Part shown: positions 12,518 through 26,100 of the stretch, piece after piece
How positions within the stretch are numbered: the first letter of the stretch is position 1
Layout of the letters: each line of letters opens with the position of its first letter
Origin: Lama glama
Lineage: Eukaryota
Reading direction: 5' to 3'
Length of the DNA stretch: 64,000 bases
NCBI GenBank assembly: GCA_028534125.1
Contig: CM052817.1
Location: 76,572,001 to 76,636,000 of the forward strand
Notes under the pieces: generated by a model
Told to the model about the DNA's origin: nothing
Databases searched by the model: none
Seen by the model: only the letters and a program-made list of their open reading frames with translations
Translations under genes and position numbers: made by a program

Positions 12518-12734
12518 CTGCAGAGTATACAAACAGTGCACCTTAATGACTAGTTTTAGCCTAGAAGAAGTTTTCAAGTCCACCATGAAAGCCAAAATGG
12601 CATTCTCAAAGAAAATTTCTTAGAACGAAAAGTTTGTATTAAAATTTCTAGTAAATCAACACTATATGTTGCAGACATAATCTTCACTTTAACCTAAAGA
12701 AATAAGGTAGAATGGAAAATTATTGATTCTTATA

Positions 12735-13402
12735 AGCTAACATTTTTAGTACATTTACTATGTATGCACTAAGGACTTGCACTGCTGATTTCTTCTAAAC
12801 CTTAAAACAACACATATATATAGGTAGTAATATCTTTTTGCTGTGGATGCTGAGTTAAGTTGCCCAGATGGATCCACCTCCAGCCCCCTGTTAGGACCAA
12901 GCTGCTGGAAGTGTTGGCTGATAAAGACTTATACTTGATTCTTTCTCCAAGATCCCTCCGGTGCCAAAGAGATTGCCTCACTCAAGTTTATGCCCCTTCT
13001 GGGGAATAACCCACATTTATTGAGTGACTGATGCCCTGATACAGCAGTCCAACCTTCCTGCATTAATCTGGGAGACTTTAGAAGGACTGCCTGAGCTCCA
13101 TACCTACCAAAGATCAGCTAAAGATTCTTTTCACTTCAACTTCCTTCCAGCCCTGCTTCCCTCATTTCCTTAGAGGTGCTGTCCCTGTGAGCAATCCTCA
13201 GAAAATCTCCTACAGGCAAATCTCCACAACAGATCCTCATTATACAGAGCCAGACTTAAGACACATTTCTGTTTGCACTAATGAAGAAACTGAAGCCTAG
13301 AGATCAAGTATTCCATTAGTATTTACACAGATAACAAAGAATAAAGCTAGGATTTTAAGTTAGAAAACCTGGCTTCAGAGCCCCTGCTTTTAACCATCGT
13401 GC
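12735..13402 (-). mobile_element. MIR split by an LTR16-type LTR
   Basis: Left part ..aaccttaaaacaac..taggtagtaatatc resumes at 13264 with atgaagaaactgaagcctagaga..ctggcttcagagcccctgcttttaaccat. Confidence 0.8.
12839..13263 (+). mobile_element. LTR16-family (ERVL) solo LTR
   Basis: TG...CA termini (tgctgtggatgctg ... cttaagaca). Internal gctgctggaagtgttggctg and ccctgcttccctcatt match recalled LTR16C. TSD ctttt / cattt. Confidence 0.85.
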
Positions 13403-14119
13403 CATTTTACCACTCCATTAAAAGCATCATATCAATTTCACAGCATAACCACAGCATAATATTCTTGGAAGAAAAGGTGGCATTTTAACAGTATAGGTAG
13501 ACTCTTCAAGAAAGAAAGATTTTCCATGTAAACAACATCTACATTTAATTCATTTTTAGAATATCAGAGTCTCTTCTAATGTTTATATTTGAATGTCTTG
13601 GAATTATGCAACTCTAATATGAAAATTTTAATGTACCTATAACACACACAAGAAATACAAAAGATTTTTCGACAGGATCTGCAACATGGAGTAATTTTGG
13701 TTAGTAATAAATATTGACACAATGTCTCTACAGCAAACCACGTATTAAAGTTCTTTCTAAACAAGTACGATTGTTTATCTGATTTAAATATTCAAAGCAG
13801 ATATACTGACAGGAATAAATGAACAAAAAAATTATGCACAAATGTTCATGCATTTTTAGCGAGTTGTAAATAAAGAAGTGCCCTCTTGTAAATAATCCTT
13901 ATCCTTAATACTTTCTGCTTGTTAAAGGCAGAGAAACGATTGGGGAATTATACTTTTAAAAAAAAAAAACACCACAAAGAAGCTTCTCTCAACCCAGAAA
14001 AAAATCTCCATGAAGGTGGTGGAGACTGAAAACAGCTGTATCATTGAATAAACATTAAACCAAACTGTGACGCATACCACAGGCTGTCTACTAATTAGCG
14101 GGAAAGACAGAGAAGCAGA

Positions 14120-14610
14120 TACGACTCATTACATACATTAATCAAGATCTACAATGGTTAGTCCCCAAGAAAGATGATCTGACAGCACCTTTTGTCACAA
14201 ACATTTCACGCTAACTGTGCCTGATAATTGGGGTGACCATGTGTTAGCTTACTGGCTTTATCCTGAGGAAAAACCAACTTCTATTTTCATGACAGGAGAA
14301 TGTTTTGCAACTTGGAGCAAAGTGGCCACTGCAGTTAGACTCTGACCTTTCCACAGAAGCTGGGCCAGGGGACACTATCTTTCTTCATGACTACATTTCA
14401 GAGACATGGTGCCCAGGTCCTTGAGAAGAACATTCCTGGATCACAAAGCTGACATAAGGCCTGCCAAGTTTTCAAGGAGAGAAGGAATGCTTACAATTAC
14501 AAGTGTCTTTAGGAAATATTGCAAGGAAAAAGACAGGAAGTTGAATCTTTTCCCTTACTTTCAATAGAGAGCATTAAGCCTTTTATTTTTAATTTATATT
14601 TGTCTTTACA
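14120..14610 (-). mobile_element. ERV1-class LTR remnant (MER4-group, subfamily uncertain)
   Basis: Reverse complement starts tgtaaagacaaatataaattaaaaataaaaggcttaat..ttgaaagtaagggaa and includes ggaatgttcttctcaaggacctggg. Left end approximate. Confidence 0.65.
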
Positions 14611-16279
14611 GAAGCAGCAGTTAGGGAATCGCAGCCTAGGCAGACCGTAGTTTCAGGAAACCCGAGAACCATTCCCACTGCTCTTAACCTTTCCTCTAAG
14701 AGCAAGCTGTCCTGGTACTCGGTACAGTGCAGCATCTAAACACCGAATGAAACATGCTGTTTATTCCTTTTAAAGTATTTGTCACTGAAGCCAAAATAAC
14801 CCATTCTGTATAGAAAAGAATAAAGAAAAACAGACACTCGCTTATAATTTGCCAAGGAAAGTGGCAACTATGTAAGATTGCACCATGAACATGAATTATA
14901 CTCAGGAAAAGAGTAAAGAAAAAATGAAGACATCATGAAAGTTTTGATATTTAAGACTGGCACAGTGTATCATTGTTTGACCTTGAGTGTTTTTGATTAT
15001 TCTCTCTTAGAAATATTATCCTACCTCAAAATATTGCAGTGGATTATTGCATTTTGGGACAAAACGATATATTTAATGTGGAAGTGACGTGTTTCAGCCT
15101 GCTTCCCCACTCGCGAAAGCCACTAATACTTAGTCAATTTAGAATTCATTATCTCAGGAGTCAGTGCTCCAATGACAATATTCTTAACCTACAGCAAGCG
15201 CCACAGATGGCTGAACACAAACCTTTCTTTTCTTTGTTTCTTTTAAACAGTTACTCTTTTTCCTCTTTGTAGAAAAAAACAATTACATACATCATATCCT
15301 CTAGTTGTATCTGTCTACAATAAAATGTACATAGATGCTGTAACAATAATGCACCAGAGATAATGGAGAAAGACAATATTTTAAAAGATGACACTTTTAA
15401 CACACTGTGCTTTTCTGTTAAAAGACATTCTGCAGAGCAAAGCTCAGAACCCCACGGAAATCAATTCCCAAATGTGTATGGACGCCCTCAAGGCTATCTC
15501 CCTGCTCTTTTGTCACTAATTGTATTGACAGCTGGTAGTTCCTACTTTGAGACAATTTCTCTTCTCACTGCATATTTATTGAAACATACCTTGTTGTAGT
15601 ATTGACCTTACACCATGAGGAAGCAGTGAATAATAGCTAACTCCCCTGGGTCCTGACAGATGGTTTTAGTATTCAGCTTTGCTGTCAGCACAGGACCTCA
15701 CGGCATATGCAAGACAAAGGAACATTAGCCTCTGAAGGGAAATGAAATGTTATCTGAATTAAAGGGGCAATGTGGCAATTTACATACAATCTTTGTACTT
15801 AATCCTGAATTCAAACGTAAAGTATCTTCAGTTGCAAAATAATTTCCCAAATCTAAAGATGAAATACAATAGGCCAAATATGCATACTACTAATTTATGT
15901 GCCAAAGTGAACCCTGCACAGCCAAAAGATTCACAAAATTCTAAGTGTTGCCTTTATGAAGTAAAATATTATCAAAAAATCCATAGTATTTAATTTTAAT
16001 ATAAAATATAAATGGCTAAACAAAATATTTATTGAATAAACAAAGTTTGTTGTATTTAGGCAACGTATCATTATTAATACAGCACATTGAAAACTCAGTG
16101 AACTCATTACTTTATAATGGATCTTCAAAGTCAAGTGATTGGATATTGTAAAGATTTTTAAAAGAAAATTTAAAATGTAACTCAGAGAAGGACATATTTG
16201 AAACAAATATTTATCCATTTATTGATGTGGTATTCCAGGCACAAATTTGAATTACGTATTTAAATTCAAAATACTGAAT

Positions 16280-17450
16280 CTTCTATGACTCATCTTCCAT
16301 TTCCATTCCTACTTTTTGGTTTCTTGTATCCCACTTGGACTCCTTCCTGCCTTTGACCTTACCTTCCTGCCTCCCTTCTGTTCCTACTCCAATCCAGTTT
16401 TCATTTTCTCAGCAGTGTTGTCTTTCCCAAGCACAGATCTGATTATGCTATTTATCTGCTTAAAATTACCCTGTAATACGCAATTTCCTAGAAAATGATG
16501 TTGAAATCTCTTAGCAAAAATTCAAGACCTTTCATAATATGGCTCCTATTTACTTTTTTCCATCCTCATGATGGATCTCCATCCCAAGCTTTATTGAACT
16601 GCCCTGTGGTAAACATCTCCTGTGAAGATCCCCAATGATCCATGCCTTTGTATTATTGCCTCTCGTCAAGTGTGACTTGCTTTTCTTCAATACATTATGG
16701 CAAACATGATGGGATGTCACAGCCTTAGATTGGGTTATATGGCAAAAGTGACAGGAAGTCACTCCTATCATTACATTACATTATGTAAGACCCCATCTTA
16801 ACAGACCAGAGAGAGAAAGAGACTTTCCCTTCGTGGCTCTGAAGAAGGGTGCCACCATGTTGTGGAAGCCTATGAAGGGGGCCACATGGTCAGGAACTAT
16901 GGGAGCTGTGTGTGGTCTTGGCCAACAACCAGCAAGAAAATGAGGACTTCAAACAACCACAGAAAATGAAGTCTGCCCACCACCTGAATGCGCATGGAAA
17001 CAGATCCTTCCTCAGCCGGTCCTCCAGGTGAGAATGCGCTATGCTGTTGCCTTGATTCCAGCCTCGTGAGGTCATGAGCAGAGAATCCAGCCAAACCACG
17101 CCAAGACTCCTGACTCACAGAAACTGTGAGATAAGAAACATGCACTGTTTTTAGCCACTAACTCTGTGGTAATTTATGGAGCAACAGAAGATGAATACAT
17201 GCCTTAGTCCCTTGGACAGACCGCACATGTTCAACTTCCAGCCATGGCTCATGCTGCTGTGTCCTTCCCACTATCTCTGACTTAACTCCTGTGTATGGTT
17301 GAAATTTCACTCCAGTATCTTCTCTTTGAAGATGCCCCTGGCCTAAAATGTTAGAGTCAAACACACTTTCTCTGGCCTCTCATGTAACTATCCGATGTCA
17401 AGTGCAGTGTCTTGTATGATGTACACTTACTAGGGGCCTGTTTCTCTGCC
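16280..17450 (+). mobile_element. L2 fragment split by MLT1
   Basis: cacagatctgattatg..ctgcttaaaa and caagacctttcataatatggctcct are L2-like. Continues after 17200. Confidence 0.65.
16605..17199 (+). mobile_element. MLT1E/F-type MaLR solo LTR
   Basis: tgtggt ... gaataca termini. Contains ccagcaagaaaatgaggacttca and ctcctgactcacagaaactgtgagataa. TSD tgccc / tgcct. Confidence 0.9.
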
Positions 17451-17634
17451 TCTCTTCCCCCATGTTTATCCCTGTGTGTAAGTGTACACACACAGAGAAA
17501 CATGTACAAAATACAGTCTAGCATTATAAAAGAAGGAATTCTGATTTATTTCTGTTTTGCTACCATCAAGCATGAGAATTTTTGTACATGAAGTGATTAT
17601 TAATAGTCATTTTTTCATGTAACAGCAATTATAA

Positions 17635-18370
17635 TCATCATAATTCTGTTATTAATGAGTACAACATCCCAGGCATTATGCTAAACACTTTATATACATT
17701 TTACGTGAAACAAGCATGATGACTCACATTTTAAAGTTGAAAAAGCTAGAACTTTCAACATGTAGCTGGACTCATGCTATTCTTAAATTCCCACCATTTC
17801 TTTTATGCCCTGCCGTTTCTTCAACCATGTTTTCTTTGCCAATCTCCTCTCTCTCATTCCACATAGTCATGAAGAGGCAAACTATCCTGAATGTCAGCCC
17901 TTTCATGCCACATGGAAAGTCAAATGACCCAAGCCAGGCCAACCAGACTTTTCTCTCAGACTTGAAATGAGCGCAGTAGGAAACAGCACACCATTCTTTA
18001 TCCCGTACATACATACAGCGTATGTGTGGGCCTGCTAGTGGCCACTCTTCTGGATGTTAAGGAGGAAACCACACACAGATAAAAATCAATCCATTGAGGA
18101 AATAAGAACTAAAAACATACAGCAAGAAACCAAACTTTGCCTAATGTGTTTGAGCTCCTGGATTGAGCAGTTACTACAAGGAGTCTTACCCATGACAGGT
18201 ATGTGAATTAATAATTCCATTTATGTTTGAGCTAATTTGCTTTGGATTTCTCCTGAAAAATGCAAAGATCAGTGTCTCCCTGATAGCAAATGATAAGACC
18301 AGGATCTGAACTCAGTTCTGCCTAAGTCCAAAGTTCATGTTTTTATAAGAGTTTCTTACTTTCTGCCTAA
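17635..18370. mobile_element. MIR (antisense) apparently interrupted by an old MLT1J/K-like LTR (~17790-18260)
   Basis: MIR strings ccaggcattatgctaaacactttatatacatt and aggatctgaactcagttctgcctaagtccaaag flank MaLR-like tgacccaagccaggccaacc and ttgagctcctggatt. Confidence 0.55.
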
Positions 18371-19920
18371 ATAGAACATAAACTCTTAATAAGAATCCTG
18401 AATTAAATGCTTTTATATACATTATGCTATCAAAAGTGTCATAATTATAATAACAATAATAGTAATTTACTGTGTACCTATAATAGAAATATTTATAATC
18501 ATACTGTTTTATACATTATTTTATCATACATACTTTTAGTTATATTATTATGGATTGACAAGAAATATATGTGAGCTGATAAGCAGGGGTGGAAGTCTAT
18601 ACTTCACAAGTTTATTCCTTAAAAAGTTAAACACAACTTTGGAGTTCCATGAAGTTTGCTTTATAGAGTCAAGGACACAGAGAAACTCAAGAATCGGATG
18701 CTAACATGCACTTCTAGGAATGCATATTTGAAGTTTCCTTTAGATGCTCAGATAGAGAAGAAGAGAGTAGAGATTGACCCAGGACAAAACAGTCATGGGA
18801 GACACAGAAACCACTTTCCCCTCTGCATTTTTCTCATGGGTATGAATTTTCACAACAGTAATATTTAGACACTATACTAAAGGGATAATTCTCATATTGA
18901 AAGGGCTAATAATCATATTTAGGTATTTTAATTCCATTTTGCCTTTAAGAATACCACAGGGCCTGAAGAATAACATGAGCCTTTCCTACACTACACAAAA
19001 TGCTAATTCTCTTGACTGGATGGAGAGAGAAGTTACTCACCTCTCTATTTTTAATGTTCTGCTACCTTTTCAATATAAATATTTCTATAATAATTTGGAA
19101 CAAAAGTTATACATAATACAGCCAACCAAACAGCATCATTGTCATTTGAATAACAGATCCATCAAAAGGGATATATGCATTTTTCCCTGAGATGAAAAGT
19201 CAATATGTTAATCCAAAAGGCTTTTAAAAATAATCTGCAGGATAAAGTTATTTAGCAAGCTAGATAATTTAAAATTAGAAGCCAAACTAGAAGCAAGTTA
19301 CATTCTTTGAAGAACATGTCATCCCAATAGCTGATGTGCTTTTTGAGCTCAAGTATTTTTTCTTTTCTCTGTTGATACTGAAATCATAAAAATTACAACA
19401 ATACGTTTTTATGGTATATAATAGTTGAGTAACTTTTTGAATAAACTACAATCTGCATCTAATGATGAACTGCAGGCTACAGTTTACTGCTTCACATAAA
19501 GGTAAGTTTAACAGTAACAGTCCTATGGTCGGTTTAATGGCTACAATTAGCATGAAGACCCAAATTCAACCACCAGTTTTATTTCTGCTGTAGTTGTCTT
19601 TACTCAACACAGCATAACAATTTTCTGATAAATAACAGTGAATACACATAAGAAGACTAAATATTTCAGTCTGGTTATACCTGTGTTAACTGGTTTTATT
19701 TTCTGAGATCTCCCTAAAATAGCCAAAGTCTACATGTCCATTTTGCTTTGTGCTGTAGAAACAGATCAAGAAAAAAAAAATGAAAGATTTTATATTAAAG
19801 TGATTGGAAAGATTTACCACCATGACACTAAAATGAAGTTTATGAATACAGACAGATACATCATATAATGTCAAGGTTGAGAGGGACACACAAGATCAGC
19901 AAGACCAAGTCTCTCATTTC

Positions 19921-20282
19921 GTAATTAGTTAAGTTAGGGATCATACTGCAGTAAGGTTGGCCTTTATTCTAATATAACTGATGTCTGTATAAGACAGCCA
20001 GGTAAAGATGGAAACATGCAGAGAGAATGTCATGTGACTGCAAAGGCACAGATTGGAGCTATGCAGCTAATAAGCCAAGGAACACCAAGGATTGTCAGGA
20101 AACCACTAGAAGCTAAGAAAAGACAAGAAAGGGTTCCCCTACAGGTTTCAGAAGGAGTGTGGCCCTGCTAACACCTTGATTTCTTACTTCTAGCCTCTAA
20201 CAGTGATAAACAATAATGCCTTCTGCTTTTTTAAGCTACTAGGTTTGTGGTACTTTGCTAAAGCAGCCTTAGGAAACTAACA
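19921..20282 (+). mobile_element. MLT1B/C-type MaLR LTR, 5' truncated
   Basis: aagccaaggaacaccaaggattg, ggccctgctaacaccttgatttc, and terminal gcagccttaggaaactaaca. Confidence 0.9.
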
Positions 20283-20339
20283 CTCCAGGTCATCCTACGT
20301 ATCTGCTTTTTTCTTGTGGTACATAGGACGACCCAAAAG

Positions 20340-21740
20340 GGTAGGGAAAATCACACAACTGTGTGGACTGTTCTTATTTTAATTCATAGCCATGAAGTTC
20401 AAAAGAAACACTTGGTAACAATCCTATAATACTTCCCTAGAAAGTGCACTTTCCCACACATTATATGGATGTTTTCACTAAGTCTGCTCTTCTAAGTTCT
20501 CCAACATTCTCAACTCTCTCTCATCTGATGAACTCGTCTTCATATGTCACTGAGAAAAGGGAGGCAGTTTAAAGAGACCCTCTCATTTTCTACCACCAAA
20601 TCTACAAATATGACTAAACCTGTACACATATTCCCTGTCTTCCTGTTCCAGAGCAGAAATTTCTCTACGATTCTCAAAGCACCTCTTCCCCCTGTGCTCC
20701 TTATGCATCCCCTTCCACCTTATGATTTTCAGTACTTGGTTTACTGTGTGATTTTTTTCTGTTCAATATTCTAGTGTTCTAATATTATTCTGTCAAGACA
20801 CAAACAGACAATTCTAGTATTATTCTGTAAAAATCAAGACCAACCATGCCATTTGCCATGAATATTCTTCTAAATATTCCCCATTTCTCCTCTTCAGGAA
20901 AAAAAAAAAACTTCTAAAATAGGTACAAGTACATCTCCCTATCCTCATTTCCTTTTCACGTTTTAATCCAAACTATTCTGATTTCTGACTTTTGTAGTCA
21001 CTGTAATGTCTTTATTCAGGGCTTCCAAAGACATCCATATTGCCCAATTCATTGGTTCCTGTTTTTGACATTACAGAATATTTCTTGGAAGTTTCATTAA
21101 GGTTGATTACTCCCTCCTTTTTTGAAGCATTTTCTTCTCTTGGACTTCTTGACTCTACGTTTTATTGGTTTTCTCCCTATCCCTTGGCTATTTCTTCCTC
21201 ATCTCCTTTGCTGAATATATTCCTCCACAGTTTCCTTCAGTGCCAGAATTTTCAGTTCTCAACATCAGGAGCATCTCATCTGGTCCCATGGCTCCATACT
21301 GATGACTTCCAAAATCATGTTCTAGCATTAGAATCTCCTCTAATTTCTAGACTTTTATATTTATGTACCCAACTGCTTCAAGTTTCCTCTTGAAATTTGA
21401 TAGATACCTCAAATATAGCCCATCCAAACTGAAATGATCCCCCAAACCTGTTTCTTCCCCATTCTTTCTAATTTTAGAAAATGCCCCCATAAGCCAGATG
21501 ATCAGTCCAAAAGCCTAAAAGTTACATTTAATTACCCCATTTTTCTTTCCTCTCTCCACATTCCAATCCAAGTTTTGCTGGTTGTAACTTAAAAATACAT
21601 TAAAAATACATGCACTTCTCATTATTTCCATTGCCACCAGTCTTCCCAGATTGTACCATCTTCGGCCTCGACTGCTGAAGTAGCCTCTCATACAAACCTA
21701 CTGCATCCCTCTTCACCCACAATTTGTTTTCCAAACAAGT
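20340..21740 (+). mobile_element. L2 fragment
   Basis: Pyrimidine-rich L2 strings: ctccttttttgaagcattttcttctcttggacttc, actgatgacttccaaaatc, atccaaactgaa..cccaaacctgtttcttcccc. Confidence 0.8.
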
Positions 21741-21955
21741 GTCACAGACTAGTCTGAATGCACATCTAGCCTGGAGACATTTAATTTTAATTAAGTTTGA
21801 GTGTCTTCAGAAAGAGACCGTGCTCTCCAATCTATCACAGCCCCTTCCCGTCTGTGTACAGCAAGCCTGTCACACCCGTTATGCCACCTGCCTACCCTTA
21901 TAGTCAGCTGAGCTTGGATTCTGATCCCGTATCATCTTTAAAAACTGTAAATCAA

Positions 21956-22352
21956 TTTAATTAAGTAGACTGAGTGAAGCAGATTGCCGTCCCTAGTGTG
22001 GGTGAGCCTTATCTAATTTGTCAAAGGCTCAAATATTATAAAAGTTTGAGTAAGAAAGAATTTATTTTCTCTGCTTGTCTTTGAGCTGGGACATTGGTCC
22101 TCTCCTGCCTTTGGACTCAAACTCAGATTGAAACTCTACCATTAGCTCTCCTACGTTTAATCTCCTCAGGCTTTCCTAGGGCTAGGCTTCTCAGCCTTCA
22201 TAATCACATGAGCCAACTATTTACAGTAAATCTCTCCCATACTCATTTATCTCTTCACTCACTTCTGTATTCTCTCTCACTCTGTCATGTATGTATGTGT
22301 GTATGTTTATCTCCTTTTGGTTTGATTTCTCTGAAGAATCCTGACATATACA
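21956..22352 (+). mobile_element. MLT2 (ERVL) LTR, 5' part missing or disrupted
   Basis: agtagactgagtgaagcagattgcc, ttgagctgggacattggtc, cttctcagccttcataatcacatgagccaa, and terminal tttctctgaagaatcctgacatataca. Confidence 0.9.
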
Positions 22353-22934
22353 TACATACATACACACATATTAACATATCCTCAGATATGTTTTGCCTGA
22401 GGGCAAAAAGGAATTCACAGAAAGTTGAAGGTGCCCTATAACTTGCCCTAAGGATTTAGAGTGCACAATATGGTTACTATGTCTAGAGGGGTCAGTAAAT
22501 ATGGAGTGGCCAGAACAGGTGTAACAGCTGCTTTATATAAGCTGCCATTGTGTCCAGTGTCATCAATCTTTCCCAGGAATGTGGGTGACAGTCACTGGGG
22601 GAAATTGGCCTCAGTCCCATTCTGCCTTTAGCCCAGTTTCCCCACAAGGCCACACCACATCACTGCGATGATGGAAGACAGTACAATCATGGGAACAAGC
22701 AGTTTTAATTTCTGTACCATTATCTTCTTAAAGTAAGGGATATACACCCAATTTTTTGTCATTCTATTTGAAAATCATTGCTGAGGAGAAGGTTGATCTT
22801 CTGATAATTAATAGCCTGTCAAAAGCCTATAGATAAGTACAATAGAAACAACTGCTTCTAAAATTATGACAAATAAGGAAAGATTATCCTCTCAAAACTG
22901 AGACAATTTTAAAATAAAAGTTAACCTATATTTA

Positions 22935-23150
22935 AAAAAATACTGTTTGCCACGGTGTATTCTAAGATCTTAATGTTGCATTATTTAATTAAATCCCCAC
23001 AAAACCCCATGAGGAAAGTGATGCTACTATCACTTACAGAATAGGATACATGCTCTTTAAGGCTAAAGGACTTGCTCAAGGTTATGAAGTCACTGTTGTG
23101 AGTCACATTAACGTATGAAGGGCTCCAGTGCCCCCATTCCATGCTACTTA
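22935..23150 (-). mobile_element. MIR
   Basis: aaatccccacaaaaccccatgagg..aggctaaaggacttgctcaaggtta. Confidence 0.7.
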
Positions 23151-26100
23151 GCTAGTCACTAAAAGAAATATATTAAAAAAATAAACTTACCAATACTGAT
23201 TTTTATTTTTATCAATTTTTATTTATTCATATGTAAGCTGACCCTATTAACCTCTTTTAAGAGCTCAACTTTAGGCAGGGCTTCATATTAAAAATGTAAT
23301 CTGACATCATAGAATTTTAAAATAATACCTGGAATTTTCCTTATCTAAACATATTAGATATGCATAGTTAAGAAACGTGCATATTTTTAAAAGCTTATGT
23401 ATTAACATAGCTTATCAGTAACAAGGAAATGACTTAGAAACCTAATAACTAAATGAATGAATTATCCAAGGCTATTTAAACTAAAGTCCAAGCAGCTTTG
23501 TAATTTCATGCACTAGCTCAAATGCATTCTGTTTTGCTTAATGGATTACTTGGTAACCCCAGTCAATTATCATGACTGCTAAGTAATACCATAAATATAA
23601 ATAAGCATTAATAAAATGCATTTTGGTCATCTCAAAGTGGCTTGGGATGAATTTCATTAATTGGTTTTCTTTTAACCTATTTTTTCTTTTCAAATGTTAT
23701 TGAACTCTAAAATTCTCTTCACATTTCTAAAAGAATTGAAATTATAAATGGATGGATATATTAGTCTTATTTTGAGAAAGATTTACTAAACAGTAATAAT
23801 CTAGAGCAAAGTCCTCATTTTGATTATTTAACAAAGTCAGACCCAGAGCCAATGTTTTAAAGGAATTATGCTTTTAAAATACTGTATATAAAAGATTGCA
23901 TTTTAATGTTTATAACTGACTTATATAAATAATAGAAATCACAAAATATAGACTTCAAAATGTCACATCAAATAGCTAATGGAAAACAATATACATTAGT
24001 ATTGATTTAAGAGATAGTATCTAAATTATTTGGGTCTCCTATTGATTTCTTTTCAGAATATCAAATGTTCCTTATAACAAAATCAATATGGCACTTTACT
24101 AGACATTTGGCCAAAAGTGAGGCCGTTCTCCAGGCAGCACTTTAAGAAATATATCCATTTCATCCCCATTTGGGCACCCCTATAAATTTGTTAATAGGAT
24201 ATTAATTTGAAGAGTACAATGGATAACATATATTTGCAAGTAAGTACAGGCCCTGCAGATATTTCATACAAGTTGACGATGAAAAGAGGGTAACAGACAA
24301 ATAAGAGAGACGCATACCCATTATGGTAGATGTTAATTTTTATATTAACAAGATTGGCTTGAGAGGCTGTTGTCCTTTAAAATAGACTAATAAATAAACA
24401 AAAGCAAACAAAACCCTAATATTTTAATGCAAGTTTCTGAAAGAATAACCAATTACTGCCATTTCCATATACTTTTTGAAATTTGCTGGTATAAATAGAA
24501 GATCTATGGTAAGAAAATGGAGTCTATCTTTCTCACTTATATTGTGGATATCATTATAACTGAATAAGATAAAACAAACTTCAAAAAACAAAACATTGAT
24601 TAAGTGCTATACACTGAATAAGAAGAGTAAGAGGTGGGGTTTATAACTTCTGGTATCAACCTGAAAGGTACTCCAGGTTAAATAAAAGTAAATATTTTGC
24701 TAAAAAATAATTTCTAAACTAATCTTACTAATTTAAAAACTAATTTAAGCATTTTAAGACCTTATTATAGTCAATGGTATTGTCCATAGTTTTTATGTAC
24801 ACATACTTACATCTATAGCATATTGTTATCAATCATATAACTGGTAACAAGGCTTGGTATTGGTTTTCTTTGTGCTAACATTATTTGTCACAGCAATATA
24901 TAAGTAATAATAATAACAGTTTATTAGTGCATTAAAATCTAGCAAAAATTACTCCCAAGAGAAGAGAACATGGACAGCCTATGACTGTTTACACAGAACC
25001 GATAGTTTGACTCCACAGTTGGGTTTTACAATGGAGGGCTGTGGGGATTACAAAAGCTCACAGGACCCACATAGTGAGAGATTTACTCTTCAGAGGGCAT
25101 ATTTTACAGAAAGACTGGTAGGAGCCCAGGATAGAGATAAGTCCTCAAAACTTGCTTGAGGGCCTAGACTTGAGCAAGAAAGCTCAGGTTCCTCGCTGTG
25201 CTATGGAGCCAATCGACAAAGGTGAGACGGGGCAAAGGTAAGAAGGTGTGTTGGGCTGGGTCACGCCCCAGCTGTATTTCTTAGGGATCTTTTGTCTGGC
25301 AGAAAAAGACGAGTCGACAAAAGGAAAAATGTGTTTCCAAAAATGCCACTATAGCTATGGAAATCTTCACAATCCATCAGACTAAAGGCAGATTGGTCCT
25401 CAGATATGAAATGAGACATATAGTCGGACAGTAATGCATTCAATTTGAGTGGGTTGGAGAGATTCAGAGCCAAGAGTGAGTCAGGCCAACACAAGGACCA
25501 TAGTTTGGCCCTCCTCAAATTTCGATCCCACAGTGTTACCTATTTCCCCATGTAACTGTACATTTTTTGAGGATTATTTCTTCCTTTATTCTTACAACCA
25601 AGGATGTAAACTGTCTGAAGTAAGTGTTACTTTATATTATGTGTAGACTACAATGCTGTTGTATATTTTGGTAAAGCACATATGTCTTGGAGTATCCTAA
25701 GAAAAAAGAAATAACCAGAAATGTATTTATGAATCAGAAATACCAGAACATACTATATCTGTTTGTCAAAAGGTATCTTTCTGAATTATTTGTGAATTAC
25801 ACAGTAATATTTTAAATAACTTCATTAAGAGGAGAAAGCAAGTGTCAGTGAATGCCCTGTCTCATCACTCTTGCTGAGACTGTATCTTACTTCTAACTTG
25901 GTATTATTTAATTTCACAAATTGTTTTCTCTTTGATTATATTTTTTCTAATCTTTGGTCTTTTAATAAAAATGTTAAGGCATTTCCAACAGAAGAAAACG
26001 TTTAAATTTAAAGAATCTTAATGGCTATGCAAAATGCATTCTTAGGGTAAAATATTTTGTCATTTATCATTTAGGATAAAACATAATTTTAAATTCTGAC

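Noticed and set aside
15196..15212. gcgccacagatggc as a CTCF site
   Set aside because: One base short of the core spacing on either strand; only an E-box remains.
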